Shown: positions 1 to 15,942 of the stretch, piece after piece
Numbering within the stretch: the first letter of the stretch is position 1
Layout of the letters: each line of letters begins with the position of its first letter
Origin: the human T2T-CHM13v2.0 reference genome, Homo sapiens
Length of the DNA stretch: 64,000 nt
NCBI RefSeq assembly: GCF_009914755.1
Contig: NC_060932.1
Reading direction: 5' to 3' (one strand)
The notes under the pieces: model-generated
Database searches by the model: none
What the model was told of the DNA's origin: nothing
Seen by the model: only the letters and a program-made list of their open reading frames with translations
Position numbers and translations under genes: made by a program

Positions 1-469
1 AAATGGACTCCAAAGAGTTGGGTAACCTGGCGTAGGTCACACAGCTAGTTAGTGACAGAGATGGGATTTATGCTGTGTGGACTCTCCAGCACCTGGGACA
101 GCTGCCCTTGCTAGTGTCTTTTCAACAACTCCTCATAAAGCCATGATGAGCCAGTGGGTTTCCCGGGACTCAGAGCTAGCCTGCTTGACATTGATGAGAT
201 ACTCAGGCCTGGACCTCCAGCTGGCTTTATCTGCAAGAATGTTCCTGACCAGAGGAAGTGAGTGCTATTCTAAGCCAAAAGCACAGCAGAATAGCAGAAG
301 CTGCCAGAATGTTGGTGTGGGTAACACTGCCTTGGACAGAATGCTTCTGGGTGTGAGGCCCTGTCCACCGCCTGTGTTTGGATGGTTTGAGTCATCCTTT
401 GTCACAGTTTCCCTTCTCTGCATGTACTTACAGTGAGGTGGAGGGGAAAGAACACTGGCTTTGGTGTTA

Positions 470-600
470 CGCATACCTGGGTTTGGATTTGAGCTCACTA
501 CTCACTAGCTTTGTGACCATGGGTAAATTTCTTTCCTTCCCTGAGCCTCAGTTTCTTCATCTAGAAAATGGGGATAATAGTTCCTACCTCCTATTACACA
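470..600 (+). mobile_element. MIR SINE fragment
   Basis: MIR core ctgagcctcagtttcttcatctagaaaatggggataatag. Boundaries are approximate. Confidence 0.75.
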
Positions 601-849
601 TTGAATCAGATCCAAGCTACTTCAATGCTCTTCAAGACTTGTCTCTTTGTACTTATGATACCTTTGCTCTGGCCTGTTCTTTCCCTTAAAATATTTGGGT
701 GCTTGTAGTCCCCCCAGTCCTTCTCAGCAAATATCCTATAGTATCTCATTTTTATGCCTTTGGCCATTTGGGCCTGTCTGTCTGGAATTCTTTTCCTCCA
801 CCTCCTTGACTGATTAACATCTGGGTCCTAGGAGGGTAAGAATTAGAAT

Positions 850-960
850 CATATTACAGTTGAAGAAACTGAGGCTCAGAGAACTTAACTAACTTGCTCC
901 AAATCACACGCTAGTAAGTGGAAGAGCTGGGATTTGAATACATGTCCTTCTGGCTTAATA
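850..960 (-). mobile_element. MIR SINE fragment
   Basis: Reverse MIR core gaaactgaggctcagaga...gctagtaagtggaagagctgggatttgaa. Confidence 0.75.
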
Positions 961-1578
961 CGTTGGGATTTTCCCACTAGGTCACATGGCCTTATTTGGA
1001 ACACCTCAAAAGGGGTTAGAATCCAAGGAGGGAGAGAAAAGAGAGTCTGAGCTTGCAGCAATGATGGCACTGATGGCTTTCAGCATATCCCTGGCTGCTG
1101 TGGCCAGGGACATACACAAAAGTTACAACTAAGAAGTTATCTGGCTTTGCCAGCTGGAGGCTGTACATTCGGTTCCTCTTTGAGTGCGGTCTGTGGAATT
1201 ATTTTCTAAAGTGTGAGGCCCACATTGATGCAAACAAGTCAGTTGGAGGCTTTGTGCATCACACAACTCTTCTAGGTCAGCTGAAGATCAGCCATGAAGG
1301 CACTGCCACCTCAGGGATACACCTGGGAGATACCTGGCATAAGAGGAAAAGGTGGTGCTTTGGGTGCTATTGTGGCTCCGTGAAACTCACAGATGTCCCC
1401 AGTCAGATGTTCAGAAATTTGTATCACAGTTCAGATCTGTAGCAAGAGGAGAAACTAAAAATGCCTTTGCCTCTTACGGTAACAGAGAATGAAACTGGGA
1501 GTTCTTGCCGGCCACTACAGTCCTGCCCCTTCCCTGTCACCCTTTCACATATTGTATGACTCTATCTTTCTCTCTTTT

Positions 1579-1581
<3 letters not shown>

Positions 1582-1615
<34 letters not shown>
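1582..1615. repeat. (AC)17 microsatellite
   Basis: Uninterrupted AC run read directly from the sequence. Confidence 0.95.
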
Positions 1616-1619
<4 letters not shown>

Positions 1620-2554
1620 CTTGCCATACTCCAGAGGTGGTATGGGTAGCAGCATTGTAAGGGGGAGAGGGGCACAGAAGAAAGCAATCTGAGGGACTGG
1701 ACTCCCCTTGTGGCTTTGCATAAAGAAAGTAGGGCATACCCTGCACCTTTCAGGGCCCCAGTTTCCTCATCAATACTATGAGGCTGATGGAACTCTCAAG
1801 GTTGTAAATAGAATGAAAGATAATTTTCTCAATTGCCTATTTCAGTATCTGGCATGGAGTAGGTGTTCAGTAAATGATGTTTTATCCTAATGTGAAAATT
1901 CTCTAGGCAATGTAACCATGATTGGTGTTTAATCCTAGTCCAGTGTGAACTGTTTAAATATTTATAAAATCTCAAATAATCCTGACAAGATGTCTTATAC
2001 ATGCGATTAATGCTGAAGCAGTCCTTTATTTTGCTTTGGCCTGAATGACAGCTGATGACCTGGAGTCTCAGCATGCGTCTCTGGTTGGTTTCCTTCCTTT
2101 CAGGATGAAACCAGTATGTCCTTGCTCTTCTCCACTGGTCCTATGTGCCTCACTGTTTCGGTGTCTTGATTAAAAAGCTGTTTTTTTTTCTCATTTCTCT
2201 TTGGATTTTACATGTGGGGTTTTATTGTCTCCATCTGGTGGTCATGGTTGATACACACTGATATTCTCTCTGCTTCCATGGCTTCATCAAGAAGCTCTTG
2301 CAACAAAGACACTGACCTTAGGGAGCCTTGAGGAAACCAGGCCTGAGCCCAGTTTCAGGGAACTCCATCTGTTGAGGAGGGTGGAGTCTCCGCACCCAAG
2401 AGACTCTCAAAGACCTGAGTACATCAAGATCTGATTATTCCAGTGGCTGATTACTCATTCCCTTGGCTTGTCTTCCACTAGTTTTTCTTCAGTGGCTCAG
2501 ATGAAAAATGGACCTCATCATTCTCTCCTAGCTCTGCCCTCTATGGTCCTAAGG

Positions 2555-2734
2555 CAAGGATCACAAACCCCAATGCTTTTAGGGGCGCTACAGGTAACAT
2601 AAATGGCAGGGTACAGATGGGTAAACTGAAGAGCCATTCATAAATTAACTATAAACCAATCAACTAACCCACTGTCCAAGCCAACTGGCTCATTGGTCAG
2701 ATTTGTCTCAGGGTCTTAGAGTTCGTAATTCTTG
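2555..2734. mobile_element. hAT-type non-autonomous DNA transposon (MER102-like, tentative)
   Basis: Perfect 8-bp target-site duplication (TSD) tcctaagg at 2547-2554 and 2735-2742. Terminal inverted repeats caaggatcacaaac and gttcgtaattcttg match at 11 of 14 positions. Confidence 0.75.
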
Positions 2735-3604
2735 TCCTAAGGGTTTTTCATTTCCTGTTTAGCTCAGTCTGAAAATCTAGTCCTGGAAGAGCGGTATTAT
2801 CCCTGCCTCTCAGACAATCCATATTGCCTTTGTAGCATCCTCAGCAAGGGGTTAGCTTTCCCAAGTTAAATGCCTCAGCAAGGGAGCCCACTACTCCAGT
2901 TCATCCACAGGCATTTTAAGAGCAGGGGCCACAGCCAGGCACAGTGGTGACCAAGGGTGATGTAGTCCCTGCTTTGTGGATCTCACTGTGTTAGGAGGAT
3001 GAGATGGCCTGATGGCTCTGTCCTTGTAAGGCTCCTCCTAACACGAAACCCAAAGATGTCCCCTGTGGGCCAGTCCATGGTTCTAGACCTTCCCTTGGGA
3101 GTCTCACAGAGTAAGACCAAACCCATTCACATAATAATGCCACTTTGGGCTTTCAAAGACACCTTCAGTTCCCTCTTGAGTTACTTTCCCTTGAAGGTTA
3201 GAGGGGGAACCAAATCATTTGATTTTGTCATTTCTCACCTCCCACATCTGCTCCATTATCAAGAACTATTGATTCTATATCCTAAAGGTGTCTGTAATTC
3301 ATCTTCTTCTCTCCATCTCCACTGCCACCATCCTAGGCCTCATCACCAGGGTCTTGCCTGGGCCCTTTTAGAGTCTCCTGCCTGGCTTTTTGTTGCATGA
3401 TCCTCCTATCCACTCTCTATCAGTAGCCAATTGACTAGGTTACACTTAAAACTTCCAAAGGCTCCCATTGTATGTGGAAATGACCATCGCCCATGGAGCT
3501 TGACCATTAGGCTCTGTCTAGGGTTTCCCTTCACAGCTCTCACCATACAACCCTTCCTCCTTCTAGTGGTCCGAATAGTGCCTAGTGCCTCCTGCCACCA
3601 ACAC

Positions 3605-3920
3605 TCATGCTCCCCTCAACAGTCATGTCCAACATGGTACTATTTGGAAATAGGGTCTTTGCAGGTGTAATTAAGATGAGGTCATACTCAATTAGGGTGA
3701 GCCCTAAATCTATGACTGGTGATGTTAAAAGGAGAGTACACTTGTCCTTTTAAGAAGGGCTGTGTGAAAATGGAGAGAGAAATTAGAGCCAAGTGGCCAC
3801 AGCCAAGAAACTCCTGGGCCTAACAGAAGCTGGAAAAGCCAAGGAGAGATTCTCCCCCAGACCCTATGGAGAGGGCATGAGACTCCCAGCACCTTGATTT
3901 CAGACTTCTAGACTGCCTTC
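3605..3920 (+). mobile_element. MLT1-family (ERVL-MaLR) LTR fragment
   Basis: tatttggaaatagggtctttgcaggtgtaattaagatgaggtcatac...accttgatttcagacttcta is typical of MLT1. Confidence 0.75.
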
Positions 3921-4125
3921 ATAATGTAATAAGAAAAAACAGTTTTAAGTAAAAAGAACATTAATGAGCATTTGCTACATGCTAGGCAATGGGCTAAGAA
4001 GATATATACACACATATGTATGTATATGTGCATATATGTGTATAGATATTGATATATAAATATACACACATGTATCACACATATATGCATACATACATTT
4101 ATGTATATATACATGCATATATTTT

Positions 4126-4985
<860 letters not shown>

Positions 4986-5295
4986 GTGTATATATACATA
5001 CATACGTACATACACATACATATATATACATATATATACACACACACATGCATATGCACATACAACTTTAAAATTCCAATGTAGTCTTTCAATGGAGACC
5101 TTATTATATCCATCTTGTAGATGAGGTGCCTGAGGTTGGGAGGCCATGTGTAAATTTCATAGTGTTAGGAGTTTCTCCATTCTCATGCACTCACATGATG
5201 ACAGTGAAATTCTCCCAGAGTTTGGGATCAATGTGAACAACTGCACATCACCCACCACCACCCTTTCTCACTGGCTAGACCAGCCCCTGGCTCAC

Positions 5296-5454
5296 CTCAT
5301 TGTCTCGGTCCTTCTCTAGGAAATGGCGGGCCACATGGCTGGGTAAGATATTCCGGAGCATGTTCTCATTGTGTTCCCTCAGCTCCTTCATCTCATTGAT
5401 CTCCTCTTTGGCCTGTACTCGCCAAAGGAAGTCCAGGCGGGCTGTGTACTCCAG
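5296..5454 (-). CDS. ADCY8: ADCY8 coding exon (about exon 14), 159 nt: [53 protein letters not shown]; helical domain before C2a
   Basis: Acceptor ctttctctcacatgtactgcag|CTG; donor AATGAG|gtgagc. It has 53 codons and the adenylyl cyclase motifs RLDFLW and NILPxHVA. Lies within ORF 5275..5613. Confidence 0.97.
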
Positions 5455-5750
5455 CTGCAGTACATGTGAGAGAAAGAGGAGAATGAGGTAAACTTCTGAG
5501 GTGTAGGCTTCAGGCACAGACAACTGGGAGGCAGGAAAGGCTTCTCTGGAACTCTTCACAAATGAAACAGAGCCTGATCTGAATATTTTGGGAGGCATTT
5601 TATTGGAAGCCAAGTGATCAGAGAATGATTAGGTTTCACAGGGATGTGCGCCTGCCTTTCACAGCATTATTGCCCCCTGTGATTTCATACTTGTTTGTGT
5701 GATTACCTGATAATGTTGGTGTCCTCTACTAGACTGTCAGTGTTGTATGG

Positions 5751-6108
5751 TGTATTAGTCCATTCTCGTGGTGCTAATCAAAATACACCCAAGACTGGAT
5801 AATTTATAAAGGAAAGATGTTTAATGGACTTCTAGTTCCACATGGCTGAGGAGGCCTCACAATCATGGTGGAAGATGAAGGAAGAGCAAAGGAACCTCTT
5901 ACATGGCAGCAGGCAAGTGAGAGCTTGTGCAGGGGAACTCCCATTTATAAAACCATCAGATCTCATGAAAGTCATTCACTACCATGAGAACAGTATGGGG
6001 GAAACTGCCCCCATGGCTCAGTTATCTCCACCTGGACCCATCTTTGACATATGGGGATTATTATAATTCAGGGTGAGATTTGGGTGGGAACACAGCCAAA
6101 CTATATCA
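5751..6108 (-). mobile_element. THE1-family solo LTR (MaLR)
   Basis: Ends are tgtattagtccattctc and cacagccaaactatatca. Perfect 5-bp TSD tatgg at 5746-5750 and 6109-6113. Confidence 0.9.
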
Positions 6109-6151
6109 TATGGTCAGAGGTGCTTCTATCTGTTCGACTTTACATCCTTAC

Positions 6152-6556
6152 TGTTACAGACTGAATGTCTGTGTCCCTCTCAAATTCATATATTGGAGCC
6201 CTAACCCCCAATGTGATGGCATTTAGAGATGGAAACTTTGGGATGTAATTAGGGTTGATGAGGTCATGCTGGTGTATCCCTCAGGATGAGATTACTGCCC
6301 TTGTAGGAAGAGACATGAGAACACTCGCTCTTTCTCTCTCCACATGCACACACTAAAAAAAGGCCAGGTTGGGATACAGCAAGCAGGTAGCCAGCCATCT
6401 GCAAGCCAGATAAGAGCCCTCATCAGAAAACAAACCCTTCCAGATCTTGACCTTGGACTTCTCAGCCTCCAGAACCATGAGAAGATAAATTTCTGTTGTT
6501 AAATACACTCAGTCTATGGCATATTGTTATGTACGACAGGTGGAGATACGAATACA
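6152..6556 (+). mobile_element. MLT1A/MST-like solo LTR (MaLR)
   Basis: Reads tgttacagactgaatgtctgtgtccc...cagcctccagaaccatgagaagataaatttctgttg...aataca. Perfect 5-bp TSD cttac at 6147-6151 and 6557-6561. Confidence 0.85.
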
Positions 6557-6639
6557 CTTACCATGTAGTAACACGTTTGGCACAGGGCAGGCACTTAATA
6601 TTTGATGGCTCATTAAATAAGTTATCATAATAAAACTAG

Positions 6640-6880
6640 CTAACACTTACATGGTGCTTATCATATACCAGGAATGTTTTTAAACAATATACATATATTA
6701 AATCCTTTAATCCATGTAATAGCCCTAATAGGAAGGTATTATTGTCATTTCTTATTTTACAGATAAGAAAATCAAAGCAAACATGAATTAATAACTTGAC
6801 TAAGATCACACATGAGTTAGTGGAAGCCAGGATTTGAACTTGATTCAAAAATCAGAATATAGAATCTGAATTGTTAACCA
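6640..6880 (-). mobile_element. MIR SINE
   Basis: Reads ttttacagataagaaaatcaaagc...aacttgactaagatcacac...ggatttgaact. Confidence 0.7.
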
Positions 6881-7344
6881 CTAGGTAATATAGAATAAAT
6901 GAATGAACTCATTAGTGAAAGGATTACAGATTTAGTTGCTAGACAGATATAGCTTAGAGTTCTAGTTCCACATTTACACACTTTAACCCTGGACAAGTTA
7001 CTTCATCTCAGTTTCCTCATCTCTGAAATTGATGTGAACATCAGTGACCAGGCAGGGGCGGAATAGGCATTATAGGAAGTTATAGATAAACACATGGCAC
7101 ATAGTAGGCACTCAATACACATTGGTTCCCTCTTGTCCTAGCCTCCCCTCTCATGAGAAGGTGCACAGTGTCCTTTCCAAAGGATCTCACAGCCCGTTTT
7201 TACTGCAGTTCTGCGTATGTCATTATTTCAGTCTTTAACTGTTGACATGAACAGTATGCTGCCCTGGTAAACACATGGTGAGCTGCCCTGAATTCAAGGG
7301 CTTAGACAGTTCAGATAGCTTCTTTTCTTTTTAAAAAATTTTTA

Positions 7345-9370
<2,026 letters not shown>

Positions 9371-10219
9371 AAATGACAGCCCTGGAAGGTTGAGTCTCTC
9401 AAGGTTACCTATTCTTGAAGTGGAATTGCTAGGACTCAAGCAAGAATATTTGGTTCCAAGGCTTGAGTCTTTCCTTCTGAGCCACACAATCTCAGGTGCC
9501 TGCCATTATCACACCTGGAAGTTACTGGAGACAGGACCTCATTATTCTCTTTCTCCTTGTGGAGGCGTGGCTTCCTCTGCTAAAACCGAAGATTCCCAGG
9601 CAAAGCCCAAACCTCCAGGGCTACCAGTGAATCAGGCACCAGGTGGGAGGCACCCAGTTGTTTGCTGTCTCTGTTCAATGTTGAGAATGTTCACCTGCCT
9701 CAGAGGAGGAAGTGTTTGGCATGTCATTTCCACATATGTGCAAGATAAAAATTTCCAATTATTCAGTTACATAACCACCTCCGTCCCTCTGGAGATGTTT
9801 AATTACACATGCCCCCACCAGACGCTTCTGCGTACCAGGCATCAGTGGGCATTATTTAGCCCCTATTAAAAATAGAGGGCCTCTGAGTCACAAGGGAAAA
9901 CCAGTAGAAGCAGGGAGCAAGCCCAGGAGTGGGCAGGCTTGATCGGAGATTAACAGGACCCAAAACGATGCTGCAGATAGAAGACACTTGAAGTGATACA
10001 ACCCTGCAGAAAGCCGCCCCTATCACAGGGAGGCAGTGGCATGTGAAGGAAACAGAATGGAACTAGGAGTTTGAGCATTTGGATTCCCGCTCCAGTCTGG
10101 CGTTTCTTACAGGCTTTGTGACCTCAGGGGACTTCAATCTCTGTTCTTGTCTTAGGACCAGATGGCTAACAATACCTGCCTTGTTTTTGTCATCAGCTTA
10201 TTTTTAAAGTAAAATATTA

Positions 10220-10465
10220 ATAGCTATCAATTTTGAAAATTTATATGTGCGAGCCACTGGGATAAGTATATTACAATTATATTCTCATATAACACTCTAA
10301 CAACCCGATGAAGTAGAACTTGTTATTATCATACCCATTTTACAGGTGAGGAAACTGAAAATCAGAAAGTTAAGTAAATTGTTGAAAGTCACATAGCTAC
10401 TAAGTGGCAGAGTTGGGGTTTTAATACTATCTGCCCAATTCCAAAGCCTGTACTTGTAACTGCTA
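10220..10465 (-). mobile_element. MIR SINE
   Basis: Reads cccattttacaggtgaggaaactgaa...gtcacatagctactaagtggcagagttggg. Confidence 0.75.
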
Positions 10466-11184
10466 TAGTGATGAGATGTGGTTATATAATTTCAAAGCCT
10501 TTTGAAAGTTAAAAATAAAAGGGAAAAATATCAGATGTCACTTAAACCCAGTCACTCAGACCCTCACTGAATACTTACATACCCGTACTTTACCTATAAT
10601 CTTAATGCAATTAGGTTATCTGCTTTCCCAGGACAAATGGAGCACAGGATAAATCAAATCTGAATGTTATTAGGGTACCATTTGAGGAAGGTACTGACAG
10701 GGCACAAAGTAATTCCCTAAGGTGACAGAAGAGACAGAACCATTCTCCTTTTTATGGAATGACGACCCTTACCCAGAACTTGTTCTCTCAGCTATTTCCA
10801 GGGATTTCTCACTTGTCAATTTAAAACCTGTGTAATTGAGTGAGCATATGTTTGTCTATAGGGTGATGGCCTTGTCTAAATCTGTTTTTGTAGTTCTCAA
10901 ATGGATTGTCATTTGTGTGTCAGACTAAGGCACTCTCCCCTAGAAATGAAAGCTGTCAAGTAGCAGAAGACAAGACCCCAGTCCTCACAGATAGCTGGAA
11001 AGACCTAAAAACAGGAATTCTAGAAATGGCTAGACTTTGACATTTGGCCTAGTGTTTCATCATAATTTTAGCCAAAATGGGAAAACAAGTCAAAGCATAT
11101 TGCAAGATGCAGTGTCCTGGGTCACTGTGTTCGTATGCAGACAGCATCTTTGTTCTGCTCTGATCAGCCCAGTGAAGTAGAAAG

Positions 11185-11385
11185 GGGAGGCTTTGAAGAC
11201 AGATCAGGATTTGAATTCTGGTCCTCCTACTTACTAGCTGAATAGCCTTACTTTCATCATCCATAAAACAGGAGTAATAATAACTTCCATTCCAGGTTGT
11301 TGATAGGATTAAATGAGAATAGAGAGAAAGTGCTAGGCACATAGTAGGGACTCAATAAATATTAATTCTTTATTCATTTCCTTCA
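11185..11385 (+). mobile_element. MIR SINE with L2-like tail
   Basis: Reads ggatttgaattctggtcctcctacttactagctg...aggattaaatgag...ggcacatagtagggactcaataaatatt. Confidence 0.7.
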
Positions 11386-12568
11386 CTTGCCAAGTTTTAA
11401 TATTATCTATTTTTTTCTTGACTACACTGTACAATCCCCTTTATTACAAATAACTTTAAATATGTGTCTCTGTGTTCTTGGGGTTTTGGGCTGTTTCATC
11501 CCTATTTTCTCAGGGTTCGTTACCTCCATTTCCATGGTGATTTCCCAGCAATGTGCTTCTATTTCTGGTCTGGCTGACAGTCTCCTTGCTGTGCTTTCCT
11601 CCTTTTCTGGTTATGGTTTTTGAAGTACACACAGACCACAGAAAGATGGACCAAGATCCAGAGAAGGGTAGTGAGGGAGGCAGTGCCTGATTTCTACCAG
11701 GGGGTGAGAATCTCCCCAAGCGACGAACGTTCATGGGTTGGAGTTCACCTGGAGAAGACCTACTGGTCTTTGAGAACCCTGCCTAGATGTTCCTATGAAG
11801 AATAATTTTCTTTCTCGAAGTCCCTAGCTAAGTCTGTTCCACACATAACATGTTTGCATTATTTGGGGTCAGCTCTACTCCAGGAGACTGGACCAGAGCT
11901 GGGATTTTGTACAGTTCTGCCCACAGTGCCCACTCCAGATTCTGGTAAAGAGTAGGGGCTCATGGAAAGCATAATCCATATGGCAGGCATTTTATCTAAT
12001 TAGGACAGATCTGTAACGAAGTCTTTATTATAAACAATGCAAGTCAGTGCACAAAATTCTACACACAGTAATCTGCAACGCTTCCTCAAGACAGCCCTAT
12101 TTAGGTATTACTAATTTATTTTAGAGTTGAGGAAACTGAGGCTCATGGAGATAAGTAACTTGCCCAAAATCATACACTGCTGAGAGTAAGAACTGTGATT
12201 AGAATCCAGGCTCAGCTGAACCCACATGTTTACCTAATATAGCACACAACTTTTGTAGTAGTAATAATTTCATCCAGGCAACAGAATTGGGAGGGATCCC
12301 AGTTTGTCTTAGGCAGAAATTGAAAGCTCTTTCACTAGGATGATATTTTGAAAGAGATGTATCCAAAGGTCATTAAAACCACATTGTTTACCAGATCTTC
12401 TCCAGCTTTGTTTTTCATTAGGTGGTCTTTATTAGGAATTGATTCTTTAAGAACCACAACTTGCCACAGGCAGCTAAAAGTTATTTGCTGCAAAGAGCAG
12501 CAGAGGCCAGTTTGATGGTAACAAGAAATGTCAGGTAACAGAGCAGTCAGAGCGAAATGTTAGATTAC

Positions 12569-12647
12569 CTGCTGTCCATGGTAGAACACAGCCAGGAGGA
12601 ACATGGCCATCAGTAGCAGTGATACCTCCTTGGTCCCCAGGAAATCT
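12569..12647 (-). CDS. ADCY8: ADCY8 coding exon (about exon 13), 79 nt: (E)[26 protein letters not shown]; last transmembrane helix
   Basis: Acceptor ttttttcttccaacag|AGAT; donor CAGCAG|gtaatc. Length is 1 nt plus 26 codons, completing the GA-A codon from the previous exon. The ORF track shows a different frame here. Confidence 0.95.
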
Positions 12648-13720
12648 CTGTTGGAAGAAAAAAGGAACTGATAACCATGGGGGGACTTCAAGGAGACCTA
12701 TGAGAAAACTGAGGTTCAGAAAGGAGTGGTATAAAAAGAAAAAAACACACATCTTTTCAGCACCTATTATGTGATAGTGGCTGCTCTAAGGGTTTGCACA
12801 TTGCCTAATTCAAAAATCAATTGACCCCCAAGGGTATGAGGTGACCCAGAACACATATGGTGAAAGAGATTCTAGAGTCTAGTGTCTAGATGGTACACTC
12901 ACATTAATAATAATGTTTTCTATGTGCAGAACACATTTTATAGATTTTAAACAGCCTTTATACTTTCCTATCAAAATCCATGTGAAGATGGAATCTAGCT
13001 TTATGCTAAAAAAACCTTCCCAGCTTATACTGGGCCAGGCACAGTTCAACTCATCAGGATTGGACAGGGACTTAGACTTAGGAGTGAAAATGTACATTCT
13101 TAGGGAGGTATTTTGCATATGAGGATTAAGAGGACCAAATAACTCTGTGGGCTGGGACAAGAGTCAAATCTGTGAATACCTTGGAGAAAAGATGTTAACA
13201 ATAGATGATACTAATTATTATGCTTCTATAGACCCAGAGAAGCACATAATTATTGAGCATCTACTGTGTGCCAGGCATAATATTCTGGGATATAGAGATG
13301 AAGAAGGCATGTTGTCTTTGTCCTTGAAACATTAAGTAAGAGAAATAAATACACAGATAATTTTATAATATGATAAACTCCGTGGAAAGGATACATCCTT
13401 GTTGCCATAGGAATACACGGGAAAAAAAGCAACCCAGGCTGGGTGTTCAGGGAAGGCTGAAGAGCTGAATCCTAAAAGATAAGGCTTCACAAGGAAAAAG
13501 TGGGATGGGTTCTCTAGGTACAGGACATCTATTTTGCTTAGCTAGGTGGTTTATAGGTCTCCAGTATGGGGATAAAAAATAAATGTCATATATCATGTTT
13601 GAAGCCATATGTAGACTCAGGAGGAGAGAGTGCTAACAGAGCTGTCCACTGTGAGTGCTAAAGTGAAGAGGGCTGGACTGTGAGCCACACATTGTCATCC
13701 TGCATTTTAGGGCTGAGGAG

Positions 13721-13823
13721 TCATCCATCCATTCATGAATCCATGAATCCATGAATCCATGAATCCATCCATCCATCCATCCATCCATCCATCCATCCAT
13801 CCATCCATCCTTCCAGCCATCCA
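13721..13823. repeat. Compound microsatellite (ATGAATCC)n + (ATCC)n
   Basis: About four ATGAATCC octamers run directly into an ATCC tract. Confidence 0.9.
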
Positions 13824-15942
13824 CCATCACCATCAGGCTTATTTTGAGGACATAGACACATTCCAGTACCATCCTTTTATTCTTTCATGTCACTCAATTC
13901 TCTAGCCTCTGAAGTTTGTGGACCCCTGAAAAAAGATTAAAGACATGAGGTTTGGACTCGTGAAGATCCAGGTTCCAATGTCAGCTTTTCTACTGACCAG
14001 TTGTTTGACCTTGGAAAGGTCATTTAACATCTCTGAGCCTCAGTTGAATGTATTTAATAGTGTATACCTCTATAATTGTGAGGATTAAATGAGTTAATCA
14101 TGGTTATGTGCTTGGCACAGTGCCTGGCCCACATTTCCCCCTTGCCACCCTGTGAAGCACCTGACACATCATCTTGCTCATGGTGGTGGAGCTTTAAAAA
14201 GTCACTTGTTCACATTGCTTAGTTTGAATGAGCATGTCCTGCGTTCAGCTCCTCCTTGTGACTTCTTCCCAAATCCCTGCTCTGCCCGGCACTTTGGATA
14301 TCCTTTGCTTTGCCATACAGAAGACTTTAAGCCCAGAAATTTATCATTTGAAACACATTTTCAAGAGAAAACACAAATACCTCTTGAATTATTTTGAAAG
14401 CAGTGATTGACCAAAAATAGAAAGATGACTAGACAAAACTCAGAAGAAAAAGTAAAAATTATGAACAATTTTTGAGTCATTCACTGTATTGCAGATGGAA
14501 AAAACAGCCTGAGCACAGACTGCAGAATATGCACAGTAAGTCAGCTAGGCTGAGGAGCATCAGAACTGTGGTTTGAAATTAGAAAGTTTTTATTTTTGTA
14601 GTTTCAATGATTCCTTAAAGAACTTCCAAAGAGAGCCAAATGACTGAAATCTGTACTGTATTATAATGTTTTGCTTAATATTGGTTGCCAGGGACTTAAA
14701 ACCAAGAACATGTTGAACTAATTTATTTGTATTAATAAAATCACTGAGTTAATACTGTCATCTCTTTATGCTAATAGAAAGGAACATTCTTAAGTGAAAA
14801 CCCATGTAGCATAATGTAATTTTCAGGGCTATAACAATCTTTAGAGATCATCTTATCTGATGTATCACAAAAATTAATATTTGAGTGTTATTCATTACAG
14901 AAATATTTATGCTAATTATAGTGAGTTTGGAAACTAATAAAGATGCACATATAAAAAAATAAAAATTGCCCTTAAGCCTACCACCCAGAGAAGACAATGG
15001 TTAAAATTTTGGAGTTAACTAAATGTCATTTCCTTTTACCCCATACAAAAAAGTATGTTTACAAATTTAGGATTGCATAGCTCTCATACTGTTTCGTAAG
15101 CTACTTCAGACTTACTAAAAATTATGAAAATAATTTCAAGTAATTAAGTACCTTTTGTGCACTTAGCAGATTTATTCTAGTTCATATTATGTGCACCACA
15201 CATAATGTAATATCCCTTGAAGCCTTTTATTTTACAGGTAGAGACTGAGGCCCACGGAGGAGTAGTCATTTTCCCAAGGTCACATAGCTCATTTGTGTCA
15301 GAGCCAGGATGAGAACTCATAGCTCAGGCACCAAATTCAGCATGTTCATTATAGCACATTTGACCCCGAATTTTTAGTTTATTATTAGTTCCCAATTGCT
15401 TCTATGACACTCATAATAAACCATTCAGCTTGAATTTATCTTTTATTCTGTTGTCATAATAATGACTGTAAGTGCTAATTTTATGCCATACTCTAATAAC
15501 CACTTTACATATTCTGCCTACTTTAATTGTCATATCAACAATCAAGATACTATTATTCCCATTCTAGAAAAAAAATCCAAGACTGAGATGTTAAAAAATT
15601 TAACTTAATTAGCTAGCGAACAGTGAAGACTAGCTATCAATTCAGATCTCAGTGGTATTTTTCAGTAGCTACAATGCCCTCCTCTGTGTACCTACTTACA
15701 ATTGCTTGCCCTTAAGGTCCTAAAGGATAAAAATAATGCCTTATTCATCTATGAACCTGCAGGGCCTAGTAAAAACCCACAGAAAACAATGTAATGTGTA
15801 TTGAATGGATACATGGACGAATTCACGAAGGTCGTGTGATGTTGGACAAATGTTATTTGGCTTTGACTCTACACGTGGATTATTTCCTGGTTGTTCATTC
15901 CTCCTATTGACCCTGCTGTTTCATGTGGATTAGTGCAATAGC

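Noticed and set aside
2839-2884. 12-bp direct repeat cctcagcaaggg (and 10-bp tctcgagttt at 39610 and 39623)
   Set aside because: Too short to separate from chance or trivial slippage in a 64-kb window.
9390-9869. 159-aa plus-strand ORF
   Set aside because: It starts at TTG, shows no recognisable domain and has no evident exon structure.
13721-13823. Possible NOVA YCAY cluster
   Set aside because: The TCAT/CCAT repeats are on the + strand; the ADCY8 pre-mRNA reads (UGGA)n here.
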